Shown here: positions 12,955 through 26,262 of the stretch, in pieces
Numbering within the stretch: position 1 is the stretch's first letter
Layout of the letters: every line of letters begins with the position of its first letter
Source of the DNA: Leucoraja erinacea
Taxonomy: Eukaryota
NCBI RefSeq assembly: GCF_028641065.1
Contig: NC_073380.1
Coordinates: forward strand, 81,220,001 to 81,284,000
Length of the DNA: 64,000 bases
Direction: 5' to 3'
The notes under the pieces: model-generated
What the model was told of the DNA's origin: nothing
Database searches by the model: none
What the model saw: only the letters and a program-made list of their open reading frames with translations
Position numbers and translations under genes: made by a program

Positions 12955-13714
12955 AAGTAAGTAAGTTTTGGCCAAGTATTCACATGCAAGGAATTTGCCT
13001 TGGTGCTCTGCCCCACAAGTAACAACATGACATACAGTGACAGTTACGAACGACTCAGAAAACACTAAACATTAATAATAATAAAATATTAATGATAAAA
13101 CACCATTGATCAAGCATGGGAACCAACAAAATACCAGATCAAAGGGAGATTACAGATTTTTGGCTGTTGAGTAGAGCAACTACTCGTGGATAAAAATTGT
13201 TTTTATGTCTGCCTGTGGCAGCTTTGACAATCCTGAGTCGCCTTCCAGAGGGAAGTGATTCAAAGAGTTTGTGGCCAGGGTGAGAGGGGTCAGAGATGAT
13301 CTTGCCCGCTCGTTCCTGTCCCTTGCAGTGTACAATTCATCAATGGAGGGAAGGTTGCAGCCAATAATCTCCTCTACTGATCGGACGATTCACTGCAGCC
13401 TCCAGGTGTCGTGCTTGGTGGCTGAGCCAAACAAGACCACGATGGAGAAGATGAGAACAGACTCCATGATGGCCGTGTAGAATTGGATCATCATTGCCTG
13501 TGGCAGATTGTGCTTCCTCAGCTGCCGCAGGAGGTACATCCTCTGTTGTGCCTTTTTGACTGTGTAGTCGATGGTAGCCCCCCACATAAGACTACTTTGG
13601 AGATGATGGTTCTCAGGAACTTAAAAGACTCCACAGATGTGACTGTGGTGTTGTTGATGGTTGGGGTGAAGGGAGGGGGAGCCCTCCTACAGTGTACAAT
13701 CAGTTCCACTGACT
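12955..13714 (-). mobile_element. Rex1-type LINE 3' part, interrupted by a CR1
   Basis: KKAQQRMYLLRQLRK..FYTAIMESVL. Host sequence resumes after 14697; (TAAG)n tail on the plus strand. Confidence 0.8.
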
Positions 13715-14697
13715 TATTAATGATCTGGATGAGGGAATTGAAGGCAATATCTCCAAGTTTGCGGATGACACTAAGCTGGGGGGCAGTGTTAGCTGTGAGG
13801 AGGATGCTAGGAGACTGCAAGGTGACTTGGATAGGCTGGGTGAGTGGGCAAATGTTTGGCAGATGCAGTATAATGTGGATAAATGTGAGGTTATCCATTT
13901 TGGTGGCAAAAACGGGAAAGCAGACTATTATCTAAATGGTGGCCGATTGGGAAAGGGGGAGATGCAGCGAGACCTGGGTGTCATGGTACACCAGTCATTG
14001 AAGGTAGGCATGCAGGTGCAGCAGGCAGTAAAGAAAGCGAATGGTATGTTAGCTTTCATTGCAAAAGGATTTGAGTATAGGAGCAGGGAGGTTCTACTGC
14101 AGTTGTACAGGGTCATGGTGAGACCACACCTGGAGTATTGCGTACAGTTTTGGTCTCCAAATCTGAGGAAGGACATTATTGCCATAGAGGGAGTGCAGAG
14201 ACGGTTCACCAGACTGATTCCTGGGATGTCAGGACTGTCTTATGAAGAAAGACTGGATAGACTTGGTTTATACTCTCTAGAATTTAGAAGATTGAGAGGG
14301 GATCTTATAGAAACTTACAAAATTCTTAAGGGGTTGGACAGGCTAGGTGCAGGAAGATTGTTCCCGATGTTGGGGAAGTCCAGGACAAGGGTCACTGATT
14401 AAGGATAAGGGGGAAATCCTTTAAAACCGAGATTAGAAGAACTTTTTTCACACACAGAGTGGTGAATCTCTGGAACTCTCTGCCACAGAGGGTAGTTGAG
14501 GCCAGTTCATTGGCTATATTTAAGAGGGAGTTCGATGTGGCCCTTGTGGCTAAGGGGATCAGGGGGTATGGAGAGAAGGCAGGTACAGGATACTGAGTTG
14601 GATGATCAGCCATGATCATATTGAATGGCGGTGCAGGCTCGAAGGGCCGAATGGCCTACTCCTGCACCTAATTTCTATGTTTCTATGTTTCTATGTT
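13715..14697 (+). mobile_element. Young CR1 LINE, 5'-truncated
   Basis: SKFADDTKL...RPHLEYCVQFWSP ORF and (TTTCTATG)n tail; near-identical to 38937-39920 in reverse. Confidence 0.92.
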
Positions 14698-15646
14698 TAA
14701 GATCATTGAGCTGTAGGTTGTTGCAATGGCACTAGGACGCCAGCTGCGATACTTCCTGGAGAGACCACATCACATGGCTTCAATGCTAGGTGGGGGGGTC
14801 ACAGTCAGATAGTAAACAGGGGTGGGGGGGGGGGGGTCTTATAGAAACTTACAAAATTCTTCAGGGGTTTGACAGGCTAGATGCAGGAAGATTGTTCCCG
14901 ATGTTGATCAGCACAAGGGGTCACAGTTTACCGATAAGGGGGAAATCCCCCACCAGCATTGAATCCATGTGATGTGGTCTCTCCACCGAGAAAGGCAAGG
15001 CAACCAGGCCAATGAGATAATTCCTCCCGAGGTTACACTCTATGCCCATCCTAGCTCAGAGATACGTCGCTGTTCACTGGAAAATTCCCATTTTCGGAGC
15101 TGCAGGCAGGGGCGAAAATCCTGGAGGGGCAGGGGGGACGCGCCCCCTCCCTGCTCTGAGAGGTGGGGTGACCCCCCCCCCCCCCCCCCCCCCCCCATGT
15201 TTTGTAATCCGGATTTTAGCAGATGCTTTCGCCGTTCGCGGGGCCTTTCAGCGCCCGGCGCGGTTAAAATCAAACTGCTGCATTGAGGCGATCGAGGTTC
15301 CAGATGTAAAAGCTCCCGCCGGCCGATGAAAACCCCCCCCCCCCCGTGAACGGGCCGCCCCCCCCCCCCCCCCCCCCCCAGCATGTTTTGATCAAAGACA
15401 CTAGAGCGGTGGTTTTGATAGCGATTTCCGTGCCGCCTTCAGGGACTGGTGTTTGTGGGTAAAGCGGAGTTCAGCAACGCAGGGCATCAGTATCCCTCTG
15501 CCGCCCCACCGGTGTGTTTGTGTGTTTGCTTACATCCTTCACCCACCGCTCCACGGAAGGCGACCCTCTGGTTCGGACCCCAACACCTGGCCCTGGGAGA
15601 AGATGTGGTCGAAGACGATGAAGTCTCCGGATCAGGTACACACTCG

Positions 15647-15685
15647 GCTTTTTGTGCGGAGTTTGTGTTTATGTTACACGCTGTG
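15647..15685 (-). other. 23-bp-spacer RSS of V2
   Basis: CACAGCG, 23-nt spacer, ACAAAAAGC. Confidence 0.92.
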
Positions 15686-16121
15686 TATAGCCAGTAGGCG
15701 CAGTAATAAGTGGCAGATTGTTCTGCCGTTAATCTTTCGATAATGAGATAGAATTCAGAATCTGTATTTTTTTCAATTTTGTAGGAATTCCCGAATCCTT
15801 CGTCCCATGTCGTGCTGTCTGTAAAGTAGAGCATCCTTGTGAGCGATTGGCCGGGTTTCTGTTGATACCAGTGAATGGGGTTGGAGCTGCTAATCCTGGT
15901 TCCATTTACTTGACACCCGATTCTCCCCGTTTTCCCGGCAGGCTTGCTAAGCGATGCTTTGGGCTGGATCAGGGTCTGGGCCAAACATTCACCTGGAGAA
16001 AAAAAAAATCAGATACAGATTAAAAAAGACTGCACGGCGGAATGGGCCGATAAACCCCAGCAGAAGTTGCAGGACACGCACAGGTCAAAGTCAGCGCTAG
16101 GAACCAGTAACTCAGCCACAT
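15686..16121 (-). CDS. TRGV: TCR gamma V segment V2 (family B): leader 16082-16121, V exon 15686-15992
   Basis: Leader MWLSYWFLALTLT, donor T|GTGCGT, acceptor ctccag|GT. V exon reads GRIGCQV...NPIHWYQQ...SATYYCAYWL, open frame. Confidence 0.93.
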
Positions 16122-17971
16122 GTTCACTCATCTGTCTCGGGGCGATTTACCCGACCAACTGGTTAGAAACTGGGAGAAATCAACTCCCTTTCCTCGGGAT
16201 ATTGGTGTCGGAGATTAACCCACTCCGCTCCCCTTCGCTAGACGTGTTCCATCATTTATAGGCAGAATTTTAGTGGCCCTCTGTTTCATTGGAGGATAGG
16301 ATTGGAGGAGGGGTGGGACACCAACATGGAGAGGCAGAAGGAAGAGCCCATTCTGCCCTTTGAACCTGCTCGCCATTTACCGAGATCCCGTCTGATCTCC
16401 CACTTCAGCGCCATGTTCCAGCATTATCCCACTTATCTTTGATTCCCGCTTTGCCATCTCCCTGCTATTCCGTGGCGATTCTGCTCTTGTTCCGTCCCTA
16501 CCCGAGGAGATATCCGTCTGCTTATTTTCAACGCAGTCTCATGCATCCAGCCCTCGCATTTTAAACCGTCGATACCGAATTACCGCGACATTGGGACATG
16601 AAATTAAAGTGTCAACGGACGCGGCGGTTTATTGTACACCGGCTTCCAGCAACATAGTTTTATGTTGGGTTCTTGAGCAGCCCGCAGGGCGCTATATACC
16701 GAAGATAGACACAAAATGCTCGAGTAACTCAGCGGGTCAAGCAGCATCTCTGGAGAAAAGGAATATGTGGCGTGTAGGATCGAGGCCGATCTTCATATTG
16801 CGAGCCAGGGGAAAGTAAATGTATTGTTCGCCTGGTCAATGAGCGGGAGCACCGCAATTCTGTCAGCGTTGTGTGCATTAAGCACTGCACTGCACTATTT
16901 GAAGAAGGGTTTCGGGCCGAAACGTTATCTATTTCCTTCGCTCCATAGATGCTGCTGCACCCGCTGAGTTTCTCTAGCATGTTTGTGTACCTTCGATTTT
17001 CCAGCATCTGCAGTTCCTTCTTGAACACAATTGGTGGGATGTTGTGCTCCCTCGACATGCTCCTGATTACTGATGTGTGTAGAATCCGTTCACTTCAGCT
17101 CCTGGTTCTGGTTTTGTCGGCAAGTATTATTGCAACACGATAAAATGTGATTCTCATCGTAGGGAGTCTTACACGTTTATTTCTTTTTATGTATGTACGG
17201 CGTAGAAACAGACCCTTCGGCCCACCGAGACCGCGATGACCAGCGATCACCCGAACACTAGTTCTATCCGACCCACAAGGGACAATTTACAGAAGCCAAT
17301 TATCCTACAAACCTGAACGTCTTTGGAATATGGGAGGAAACCGGTGCACCCGGAGAAAACCCATGCGGTCACAAGGAGAACATACAAACTCGGTATTGAC
17401 AACACCCATAGTCAGGATCGAACCCGGTTCTCTGGCACTGTAAGACAGCAGCTATACCGCTGTGCCACCGTGCTGCCCGATCCTACCACCCGATCCCCAA
17501 TCTCGGATCAAAAAGCGACCATCCACCTGCCTCCACAGATGGCAGAAAACTCGAGTGTATATGTTGAAAGAAAGGGGTGCAGAAACTGCCTTCTTCATCT
17601 ACACCTATCTTTTTTTTGGCTACTTCCATGAAGAAGAGAATCACAGTACATATAGATATGTAGATATGCATTACAACGCGTCAGTAGTCTGTAAATTGTT
17701 AACAATCACGTACAAATGAGTGACCAAACATTCAAATGGTGCCTAAACTAAATGACTTCGCGATTGTTGTAACATCGACGTGAAATAGAGCAAAAATGGT
17801 GCAGATGTGGAATCAGATATGGAAGGAAGGTGAGGAGTGAAATGTAAAACTGGGGGGAGGGATCGTGAGAGGAAGGTAAGTTATCAGGGGTGAAAGGGGA
17901 ACATCAAAGGATATTGGGTACGTAGCAGGTAGGAGTGGGAGATGAGTGGAAGGAACGGGACAAAGGAACAT

Positions 17972-18610
17972 AATATAATTAGTTTTCATCTGCAATTTGA
18001 GAAGGAGAAGGTTAAATCGGAAGTGTCAGTGATGCAGTTGAACAAAGGGGACTATGAAGGCATGAGGGAGGAGCTGGCCAAGGTAGACCGGAAAGGGATC
18101 CTATCAGGAATGATGGTGGAACAGCAGCGGCAGGAATTACTGGGCATAATCCAGAAGACGCAGGATCATTTCATTCCAAAAAGGAAGAAAGATTCTAGGA
18201 GGCAACCGTGGCTAACAAGAGAAGTTAGGGATAGAATCAAACTATAAGAAAAGATGTATAACACAGAAAAGAGTAGCCGGAAGCCACAGGATTGTGAAAC
18301 TTTCATAGGACAACAGAAGGAAAGAAAACGGGCAATACAGGCTAAAAGATGAAATAGAAGGGAAGCTGGCCAGGAATATAAAGAAGGACAGTAAAAGCTT
18401 CTTTAGATATGTTAAGGGAAAAAGAGTAGCAAAGTCAAATATGGGTCCCTTGAAGGCTGACATGGGTGAAATTATTATGGGTAACAAGGAAATGGCAGAA
18501 GAGTTGAATAGGTACTTCGGATCTGTCTTCCCTAAGGAAGACACAAACAATCTCCCAGATGTACAGGCGGACAGAGTATCTAAGGGGGTAGAGGAACTGA
18601 AATACATTTT
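17972..18610 (+). mobile_element. CR1 ORF2 internal fragment
   Basis: KGDYEGMREELAKVD...PWLT and MAEELNRYFGSVF motifs. Confidence 0.8.
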
Positions 18611-18978
18611 CAATTGGGCAGCAGCCACTTTACAGCCGCATCAAGGGGACTCACCGTGGAGTAAACGTGCGTTCAGTGTTATTCGCAGCTCTGAGAGCCG
18701 TGACCCTCTCGCTTCCTGGATCTGGCAGAGACTGAGTGATGGAATACACTTCCGGGTTTTACAGTCCCCCCCCCCCCCCCCCAGCGGGAGCAGCAGAGAG
18801 AATGGCAATTTTCAAAATAACATTAATATCCCGACGGGAAAAATCCTCCAGGTCACGAAGGCGGAGGGGGGCTCTGAGCGAGGTGGCCAAAAATGACGGC
18901 CATAGGTGGCGGCGTTCTCTCGGAAATTGCAGCACAGTGGGCCAAAAGCGGTCAAGGTCAGACTTTTAGTAATATAGA
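18611..18978 (-). mobile_element. Helitron-like 5' end fragment
   Basis: Minus strand A|TCTATATTACTAAAAGTC; internally similar to 8790-9080. Confidence 0.55.
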
Positions 18979-19139
18979 TATTACTCTTTCTCATCGGGAT
19001 ATTTTGTACCAAGCCCGTGGCCGTGAAGAAAATTGGTTTTCCTAAAGGGCCGAATCTGTGTTGTGGATATGGAGGAACTATTTAGTCACTAGAAGATTTT
19101 GAAAGAAGGTATATGCCATTACTTTCAATAAGGCAACAA

Positions 19140-19540
19140 ACACAAAGCCATCTACGCCCAAACACACTGACTGGACAAACCCACCGACGTCCAAATCCAT
19201 CCTCTCCCAGCCTACCTACTCTCTAATCATCCGCTTCCCAAACCCAACTATTCCCAAATCATCCACTCGTAAACCCAGCCACTGCTCAAAGCCACAAACC
19301 TACCTCCTCCTAAAAACCACCCACTGGCCAATGCTATCTACTCCCAAACCTACCCTCTCCCCCAAATCACCTGGTCCCAATGTTACCCACCCCAAAACAC
19401 CCACTCCCCAAACACACATACTCACAAACCTACCCACTCTTTAAATGCACCAATTCCCAGACCCACCTGCTCCTCAAACCCAGCTATTATCAAACCCACG
19501 CACCCAATGCCACTCATTCCCAATCCACCTACCCCAACTA
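19140..19540. repeat. Degenerate C/A-rich short tandem repeat
   Basis: Recurring cccaaacc(c/t)acc..ctc units. Confidence 0.65.
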
Positions 19541-20801
19541 TGCCGTGCCGTTTACAATCCAGTCCTAGTTGCCTGTCTTGGAGGTCTTCACCTATGGGAA
19601 GAGACAGATGAGCTGTTTTTTTATGGGGAGAAGGAGGGCGATGAATGAGCAGATTGGGATGTAAAATTAAGTGCCATAGATAGAGTAGATATAATCTCTT
19701 TTCAATGATATGGGATATCAACAACAAGACGGTACAGCTTTAAGATGAGAGGGATAGGTTTTAATGGGGGTAGACACAAAATGCTGGAGTAACTCAGCGG
19801 GACAGGGAATGGGTGACGATTCGGGTCAAGACCCTTCAAAGGGTTTGAGAGGAAAGTTGTTTTTAACTGACAGTGGTTCATATCTGGAACGTGTGTGTGT
19901 GCGTGTGTGTGTGTGGGGGGGGGGGGGGGGGGGGGGGATAAATCAGATACAACCACATCCTTTAAGAGACACATATGAATGTAGTTATATCAATAAGGCA
20001 GAAAAAAGGAAACGGAGCTAATGCGGGGCAAATGGGTTCAATATAGATCATACAAAAGGTCAACATGGATATGGTGGGCCGAAAGACAATTTTCCCATGG
20101 TGTACAATTCGATTACTCTAGTTCAGAGAAGGGAGCTTAGATTGAACTATTTGTTCCTTGTGAACATGGGACGACAGAAGTGGCTTGGGTATTCGTTGGT
20201 ATCCATATAGAAGCATGAGGGGGAACCTCATTGAAAGTTACCGAATAGCCTGGATAGAGTGAGTGGATGTGGAGAAGATGGTTCCACTAGTGGGAGAGTC
20301 TGGGACCAGAGGTGATAGCCTCAGGATAAATGGACTTTCCCTCAGGCAGGAGATGAGGAGATTTTTTTTGTCAGAGTGTGGCGAATCTGTGGAATTCATT
20401 GCCACAGAAGGCTGTGGAGGCCATGTCAATTGATATTTTTTAAAGCAGATATAGATTCTTGACGTCTATGCGTGTCACGGGTTATGGGGGGAAGGCAGGG
20501 CGGGGTTGAGAGAAGATAGATCGGCCATGATTGAATGGTGAAGTAGACATGATGGGCCAAATGGCCTAATTCTGCTCCCATCACACGAACATATGAACTA
20601 ATGTATGTCCTTCGGATCCACGTTGATGCGCATTTTTAATTTGTCAAAACAACTTTATTCATTCCAGTTATAAAATAAAATGCAAATAACATCGTGGAGA
20701 AAACCGAATGCCTCCCGGTATACGCAGATGTTCGCGGAGATCTGCAGACGCCACACCTGTGATTTGGTCTCGAACCACTTGAACATGTTGCGCACAAGTT
20801 G

Positions 20802-20840
20802 GGTTTATGTACTGGCTTCCCGTCGCTCTCGGCCACTGTG
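20802..20840 (-). other. 23-bp-spacer RSS of V3
   Basis: CACAGTG, 23-nt spacer, ACATAAACC. Confidence 0.94.
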
Positions 20841-21284
20841 TAGCCAATAAGCACAGTAATAGGTACCAGCATCATCCGCTCGGATATTCGTCAGGAGCAG
20901 AGTGCACGAATTTTTCTCAGATATTTTACTAGCAGTGAATCGTTCCTCCGCCACATCTTTCTGATATTCGTATGCAGTCTTAAAATACAAAAGCCGCTGC
21001 AGCCCTTCCCCCGGCCTCTGCCGGTACCAATGTATAACGGCTTCTTCCAAATCTATATTTCCAACCTCACAGTAAAAGTGGACAGGTTTCGTTGGACCTT
21101 TAGTGATCGATAATTGAGACTGCGTCAATATTTGAGCCGCCGATATACCTGCAGGAGAAAAGAGCACATGGTTATCGAAATGTTTCACACGGTAACAGTG
21201 AAAGGCTGATGAAAATGGTCGTTAAAATGCTAACCACTGACAGAGAAAGGAGATCAACAAAATGACAGCCAAGGCCGCCCTCAT
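20841..21284 (-). CDS. TRGV: TCR gamma V segment V3 (family A): leader 21242-21284, V exon 20841-21148
   Basis: Leader MRAALAVILLISFL, donor T|GTCAGT, acceptor ctgcag|GT. V exon reads HFYCEV...VIHWYRQ...DAGTYYCAYWL; paralogous to V1. Confidence 0.94.
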
Positions 21285-21611
21285 GTTCAGGAGTTGGGGC
21301 ATCGCGTCCAGCCAGGCGACTGAGATGCTGCTGGCTACTGGTCTCACCACCGCCCCACTTCTGTCACACCAGGAAGTTGCCGCTTCCATTTGGTGCGATG
21401 TCGTTTCCTATTCCAGCTCAGAGATAAATTTCACTCCGGATCTCCGCCTCACTGCGTGGTGCTGGAGCGCAAACCAAGCGCTACAGGCAGAGTGTCAAAG
21501 TATTGGTAAATGCAATACCGATCCCACTTATAGACTGGGAACGCTCCCCCTGGCAATAAACCGGAGTTCCCAATGCTCGGCGAGCAGTCAAACTGCCAGA
21601 GAGGCTCGAGG

Positions 21612-21650
21612 GGTTTTTGTATCGAACACCTGTCATTGCATCACACTGTG
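21612..21650 (-). other. 23-bp-spacer RSS of V4 (perfect consensus)
   Basis: CACAGTG, 23-nt spacer, ACAAAAACC. Confidence 0.96.
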
Positions 21651-22059
21651 AGACCCATCCGGCACAGTAATATGTGGCGGCATCAGACAGGTCGGTGTTA
21701 TCAATCACAAGAGAGAAAGTTGAGTCACTTCCCTCGGCTGAGAATTTGGCGGGTATTCCCTGATCCCGCTCCGATTTCCCTTTGCTATAGCGCAGGATCC
21801 TTCTGGGCGCCTGGTCGCTGCGTTGTTGATACCAATGGATATCATCGAGACCCTCTGCCAAACACTGTATCTTCACGGTTGTGGCCACAGGCTTCGTGAT
21901 CGACATCTGAGGCTGTTGCAAATCATTGGCAGAATATCCAGCTGTAAATTAAAAAACCATTGAAGCTACATGGACAAGGAAAGACGGGAAAGTGGTTGTT
22001 TCCATACAGTACTTACCAAGGAAAATCCACCAGATGGTAACTAGACAACGTAGCGACAT
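21651..22059 (-). CDS. TRGV: TCR gamma V segment V4 (family D): leader 22017-22059, V exon 21651-21941
   Basis: Leader MSLRCLVTIWWIFL, donor G|GTAAGT, acceptor ttacag|CT. V exon reads VKIQCLAEGLDDIHWYQQ...DAATYYCAGWV. Confidence 0.93.
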
Positions 22060-23790
22060 GCTGCCGCGGTAACTATTCGGATGGACTAGCTCCTCTGATC
22101 ACATGGTTAGAATGAAATGCGAGGTGCCCCGGTTGTGGTCTGCACCTTTATCTGCAAGTTGATTTGTGAATACATTTGCCCAGAGAGAGGTGGGAACAGG
22201 AGTGGTTTTACGACCAGTCTGCAGACGGAGCACCTTCAAATAAATAAGTTGCAACATTGAAGTCATGCAGTTGATACTGGCTGTCGTGCAAGTTCTCGCT
22301 TGCTTTGGAAGCAACAGCAATAAGATCACATTCACAGTTAGACACAAAGTGCTGGAGTAACTCAGCGGGCCAGGCAACATCTCTGGAGAAAAGGAATAGG
22401 TGACGTTTCGGGCCGAGACCCTACTTCAGATTGAAGAATCCCGCATCGGAATGTCTGTCACCTGCCCTTTTCTTTCAGAAATGCTGCCTGACCCGCCGAG
22501 TTCCTCCAGCACTTTCTATCGATCTTTGTTATAAACAAGCATCTGTTGTATTTTTGTTCCTACGTTCTCGTATTCACAGTTCTTCTGTCCATGCTTGCCA
22601 TCCTGGTTGCACTTTGCCTCAAACATTCCCCATGACATTATCTCGCATCTTCTTGTGATCTCCCCGTTATATTTTCCACATTAGTCCTTGCCACCTCGGT
22701 GATTATACCAAGTTCAGAAGTCTCAGTCTGGCAGCATAGCTACTGCTCGATCTGCTAGGTGCTTCCAGCGTTTTCTTTTTTCTTTTTCCTTGCAATCACA
22801 AGAATTTGAAGGGACCTGTAAACATTGGGCACTTCGGTTTATCTCTCATTGGTTCAAATGTCATGCCAGAGAACTGAGGACATTAAAAAAATGGAGAAAA
22901 TGAGCAAGAGCACGTCAGTGGTCCCTTCAACGCGTTCCCATTCATTAAGGTCATCAACTGAAGGTATTTCTCCTGGTCGCCGTTTCCTTGCACGACCCCC
23001 GACCGAGGTTCAAGGGTCAAGACGGTATAATTGGCATGATACCGACAACGGAACAATTACATTCTTACTTCCTGCAGTTTAACAGGCCGGTAAATGCAAC
23101 AGCACGCTGATATATATAACCATCAAAAACAGCATCACTTAATAGCCATTAAGACTACATAACCAAAATAATGAAAAGATCCAAGTCCGCAACGAAACCA
23201 AAGACATAGTCATAGGAACATATAAAATAGGTGCAAGAGCCTACACCGCCATTCAATATGATCATGGCTGATCATCCAACTCAGTATCCCGTACCCGCCT
23301 TCTCTCCATACCCCTGATCCCTTTAGCCACAAGGGCCACATCTAACTCCCTCTTAAATATAGCCAATGAACTGGCCTCAACTACTCTCTGTGGCAGTCAA
23401 CAGAATGTCATAGTTGCTGAGGTTAGTGTTGTTTAGTGTTCAAGAACTGATGGTTGGAGGGAAGAAGCTGGTCTTGAAGCTGGAGGTCATGGTCTTTAGG
23501 CTCCTGTACCTCCTTCTCGCTGGTAGTAACAAAATAGGGCACTCAAATCCAGAAATTATCCTGCATAGGCACTGAATGAATGTAATAAGTAAGTCGCTAT
23601 AGTCCATGGGACAGAGATACATATTTACAAATTGGAATGGCATGCAACCTGGAGGGGAATCTGCAGGTATCAATGCACCAGTTAAATTAATCTATGATGG
23701 ATGAGAATTGTCAGTAATATGGGTGAATAATTGTAGTGCATCTCATAACCTGCAGAGAGAGTGCAGTTATCTGCAATATCTTATCTGCAT

Positions 23791-26262
23791 AACATGGTCA
23801 GGTTTAATCTACAATTGGAGAGGGAGAAGGGTAGATCGGACGTGTCAGTGTTACAGTTGAATAAAGGGGACTATGGGGCCATGAGGGAGGAGCTGGCCAA
23901 AGTTGACTGGAAAGATGCGCGAGTAGGGATGACAGTGGAACAAAGATGGCAGGAATTTCTAGGAATAATACAGAAGGTGCAGAATCAGTTCATTCCTAGG
24001 AGGAAGAAAGATTTCAAGGGGAAAAAAGGGACAACCATGGCTGACAAGGGACGTCAGGGACAGGATGAAAATTAAAGTGAAGAAGTAAAACGTAGCAAAG
24101 ATGAGTGAGAAGCAAGAGGATTGGGTAACGTTTAAAGAACAGTAAATAACAAAAAAGACAATACGGGAAGAAAAGATGAGGTACGAAGGTAAGCTAGCCA
24201 AGAATATAAAGCAGGATAGTAAAAGCTTCTTTAGGTATGTGAAGAGGAAAAAAATTAGTTAAGACCAAAGTTGGACCCTTGAAGACCGAAAAAGGTGAAT
24301 TTATTATGGGGAACAAGGAAATGGCATCTGCCATGAGTTGAACAGGTACTTTGGATCTGTCTTCACTAAGGAGGGCCCAAACAATCTTCCTGATATAAAA
24401 GTGGCCAGTGGACCGAGGGTGACGGAGGAACTGGAAGAAATCCACATTAGGCAGGAAATTGTGTTGGATAGACTGATGGGACTGAAGGCTGATAAATTCC
24501 CCAAGGTCTGCATCCCAGGGTACATAAGGACGTGGCTATAGAAATCGTGGATGCGTTGGTGATCATTTCCAATGTTCTATAGACTCAGGATCAGTTCCTG
24601 TGGATTGGTAGCTAATGTTATCCAATTTTTTAAGAAAGGTGGGAGAGAGAAAACATTGGAATTATAAACCAGTTAGCCTGACATCGATGGTGGGGAAGAT
24701 GCTGGAGTCAATTATAAAAGGTGAGATAGCTGAACATTTGGATAGCAGTAACAGTAAAGTGGGCCCCTGATGAAGTGGGCCCCCTTTGTCTCAGTAAAGT
24801 AAAGGTCCGAGTTCTTGACTAAATCTTCTGGAATTTTTTTGAAGATGTAACTAGGATAATGGAATGAGGGAGAGCCAGTGGATGTAGTATACCTGGACTT
24901 TCAGAAAGCATTTGATAAGGTCCCACATAGGAGATTAGTGGGCAAAAATAGGGCACATGGTATTGGGGGTAGAGTGCTGACATGAATAGAGAAGTGGTTG
25001 GCAGACAGGAAACAAAGAGTAGGGATTAACGGGTCTCTTTCAGAATGGCAGGCAGTGCCTAGTGGGTCTATGAAAGTAAGCATGCAGGTACAGCAGGCAG
25101 TGAAAATGTTGGCCTCATATGCGGAGAGAATGAAGCAGCTGGGCTTGTACTCTGGAGTTTAGAAGGATGAGAAGGGATCTTATTGAAACATATAAGATTG
25201 TTAAGGGTCTGGACACGCTGGAGGCAGGAAGCATGCTCCCGATGTTGGGGGAGTCCAGAACCAGGGACCACAGTTCAGTAGCAGACTGGGTCTAAAAATA
25301 TGGGTTGCCAGGAGACAAAGGGGGCCCACTTCATCAGGGGCCCACTTGCCATTGGGCAAGCTGACACCCTGGCCAGTCTGAACGAAGACGAGGAAACACT
25401 TTTTCTCACAATGAGTTGTGAGTGTGTGGAATTCTCTGCCTCAGAGGGCGGTGGAGGCAGATTCTCTGGATGCTTTCAAGAGAGAATAGGGCTCTTAAAG
25501 CGGAGTCAGGGGATATGGGGATATGGGGAAAAGGCAGGAACGGGGTACTGATTGGCCATGATGACATTGAATGGCGGTGCTGGCTCGAAGGGCCGAATGG
25601 TCTACTCCTGCACCTATTGTCTATTGTCTATTTATAACAAGAGGAATCGAATATAGGAGCAAAGAGGTCCTTCTGCAGTTGCACAGAGCCCTAGTGAGAC
25701 CACACCTGGAGTATTGTGTGAAATTTTGGTCCCCTAATTTGAGGAAGGACATTCTTGCTAATGAGGGAGTGCAGCGTAGGTTTACAAAGTTAATTCCCGG
25801 GATGGCGGGACTGTCATATGCTGAGAGAATGGAGCAGCTGGGCTTGTACACTGGAGTTTAGAAGGATGAGAGGGGTTCTCATTGAAACATATAAGATTGT
25901 TAAGGGTTTGTACACACTAGAGGCAGGAAACATGTTCCCAATGTTGGAGTGGTCCAGAACCAGGGGCCATAGTTCAGGAATAAGGAGTCAACCATTTAGA
26001 ACGGAGACAAGGAAACACTTTTCTCATAGAGAGTGGTGAGTCTGTGGAATTCTCTGCCTCAGGAGGCAGTGGAAGCAGGTTCTCTGGATGCTTTCAAGAG
26101 AGAGCTAGATAGGGTTCTTAAAAATAGCAGAGTCAGGGGATATGGGGAGAAGGCAGTTACTGATTGGGGATGATCAGCCATGATCACATTGAATGGCGGT
26201 GCTGGCTCGAAGGGCCGAATGGCCTCCTCCTGCATCTATAGTCTATTGTCAATTGTCAATTG
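23791..26262 (+). mobile_element. Cluster of CR1 ORF2 fragments with 3' tails
   Basis: YLDFQKAFDKVPH-coding segment, RPHLEYC, and (CTATTGT)n tails near 25620 and 26250. Confidence 0.85.
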
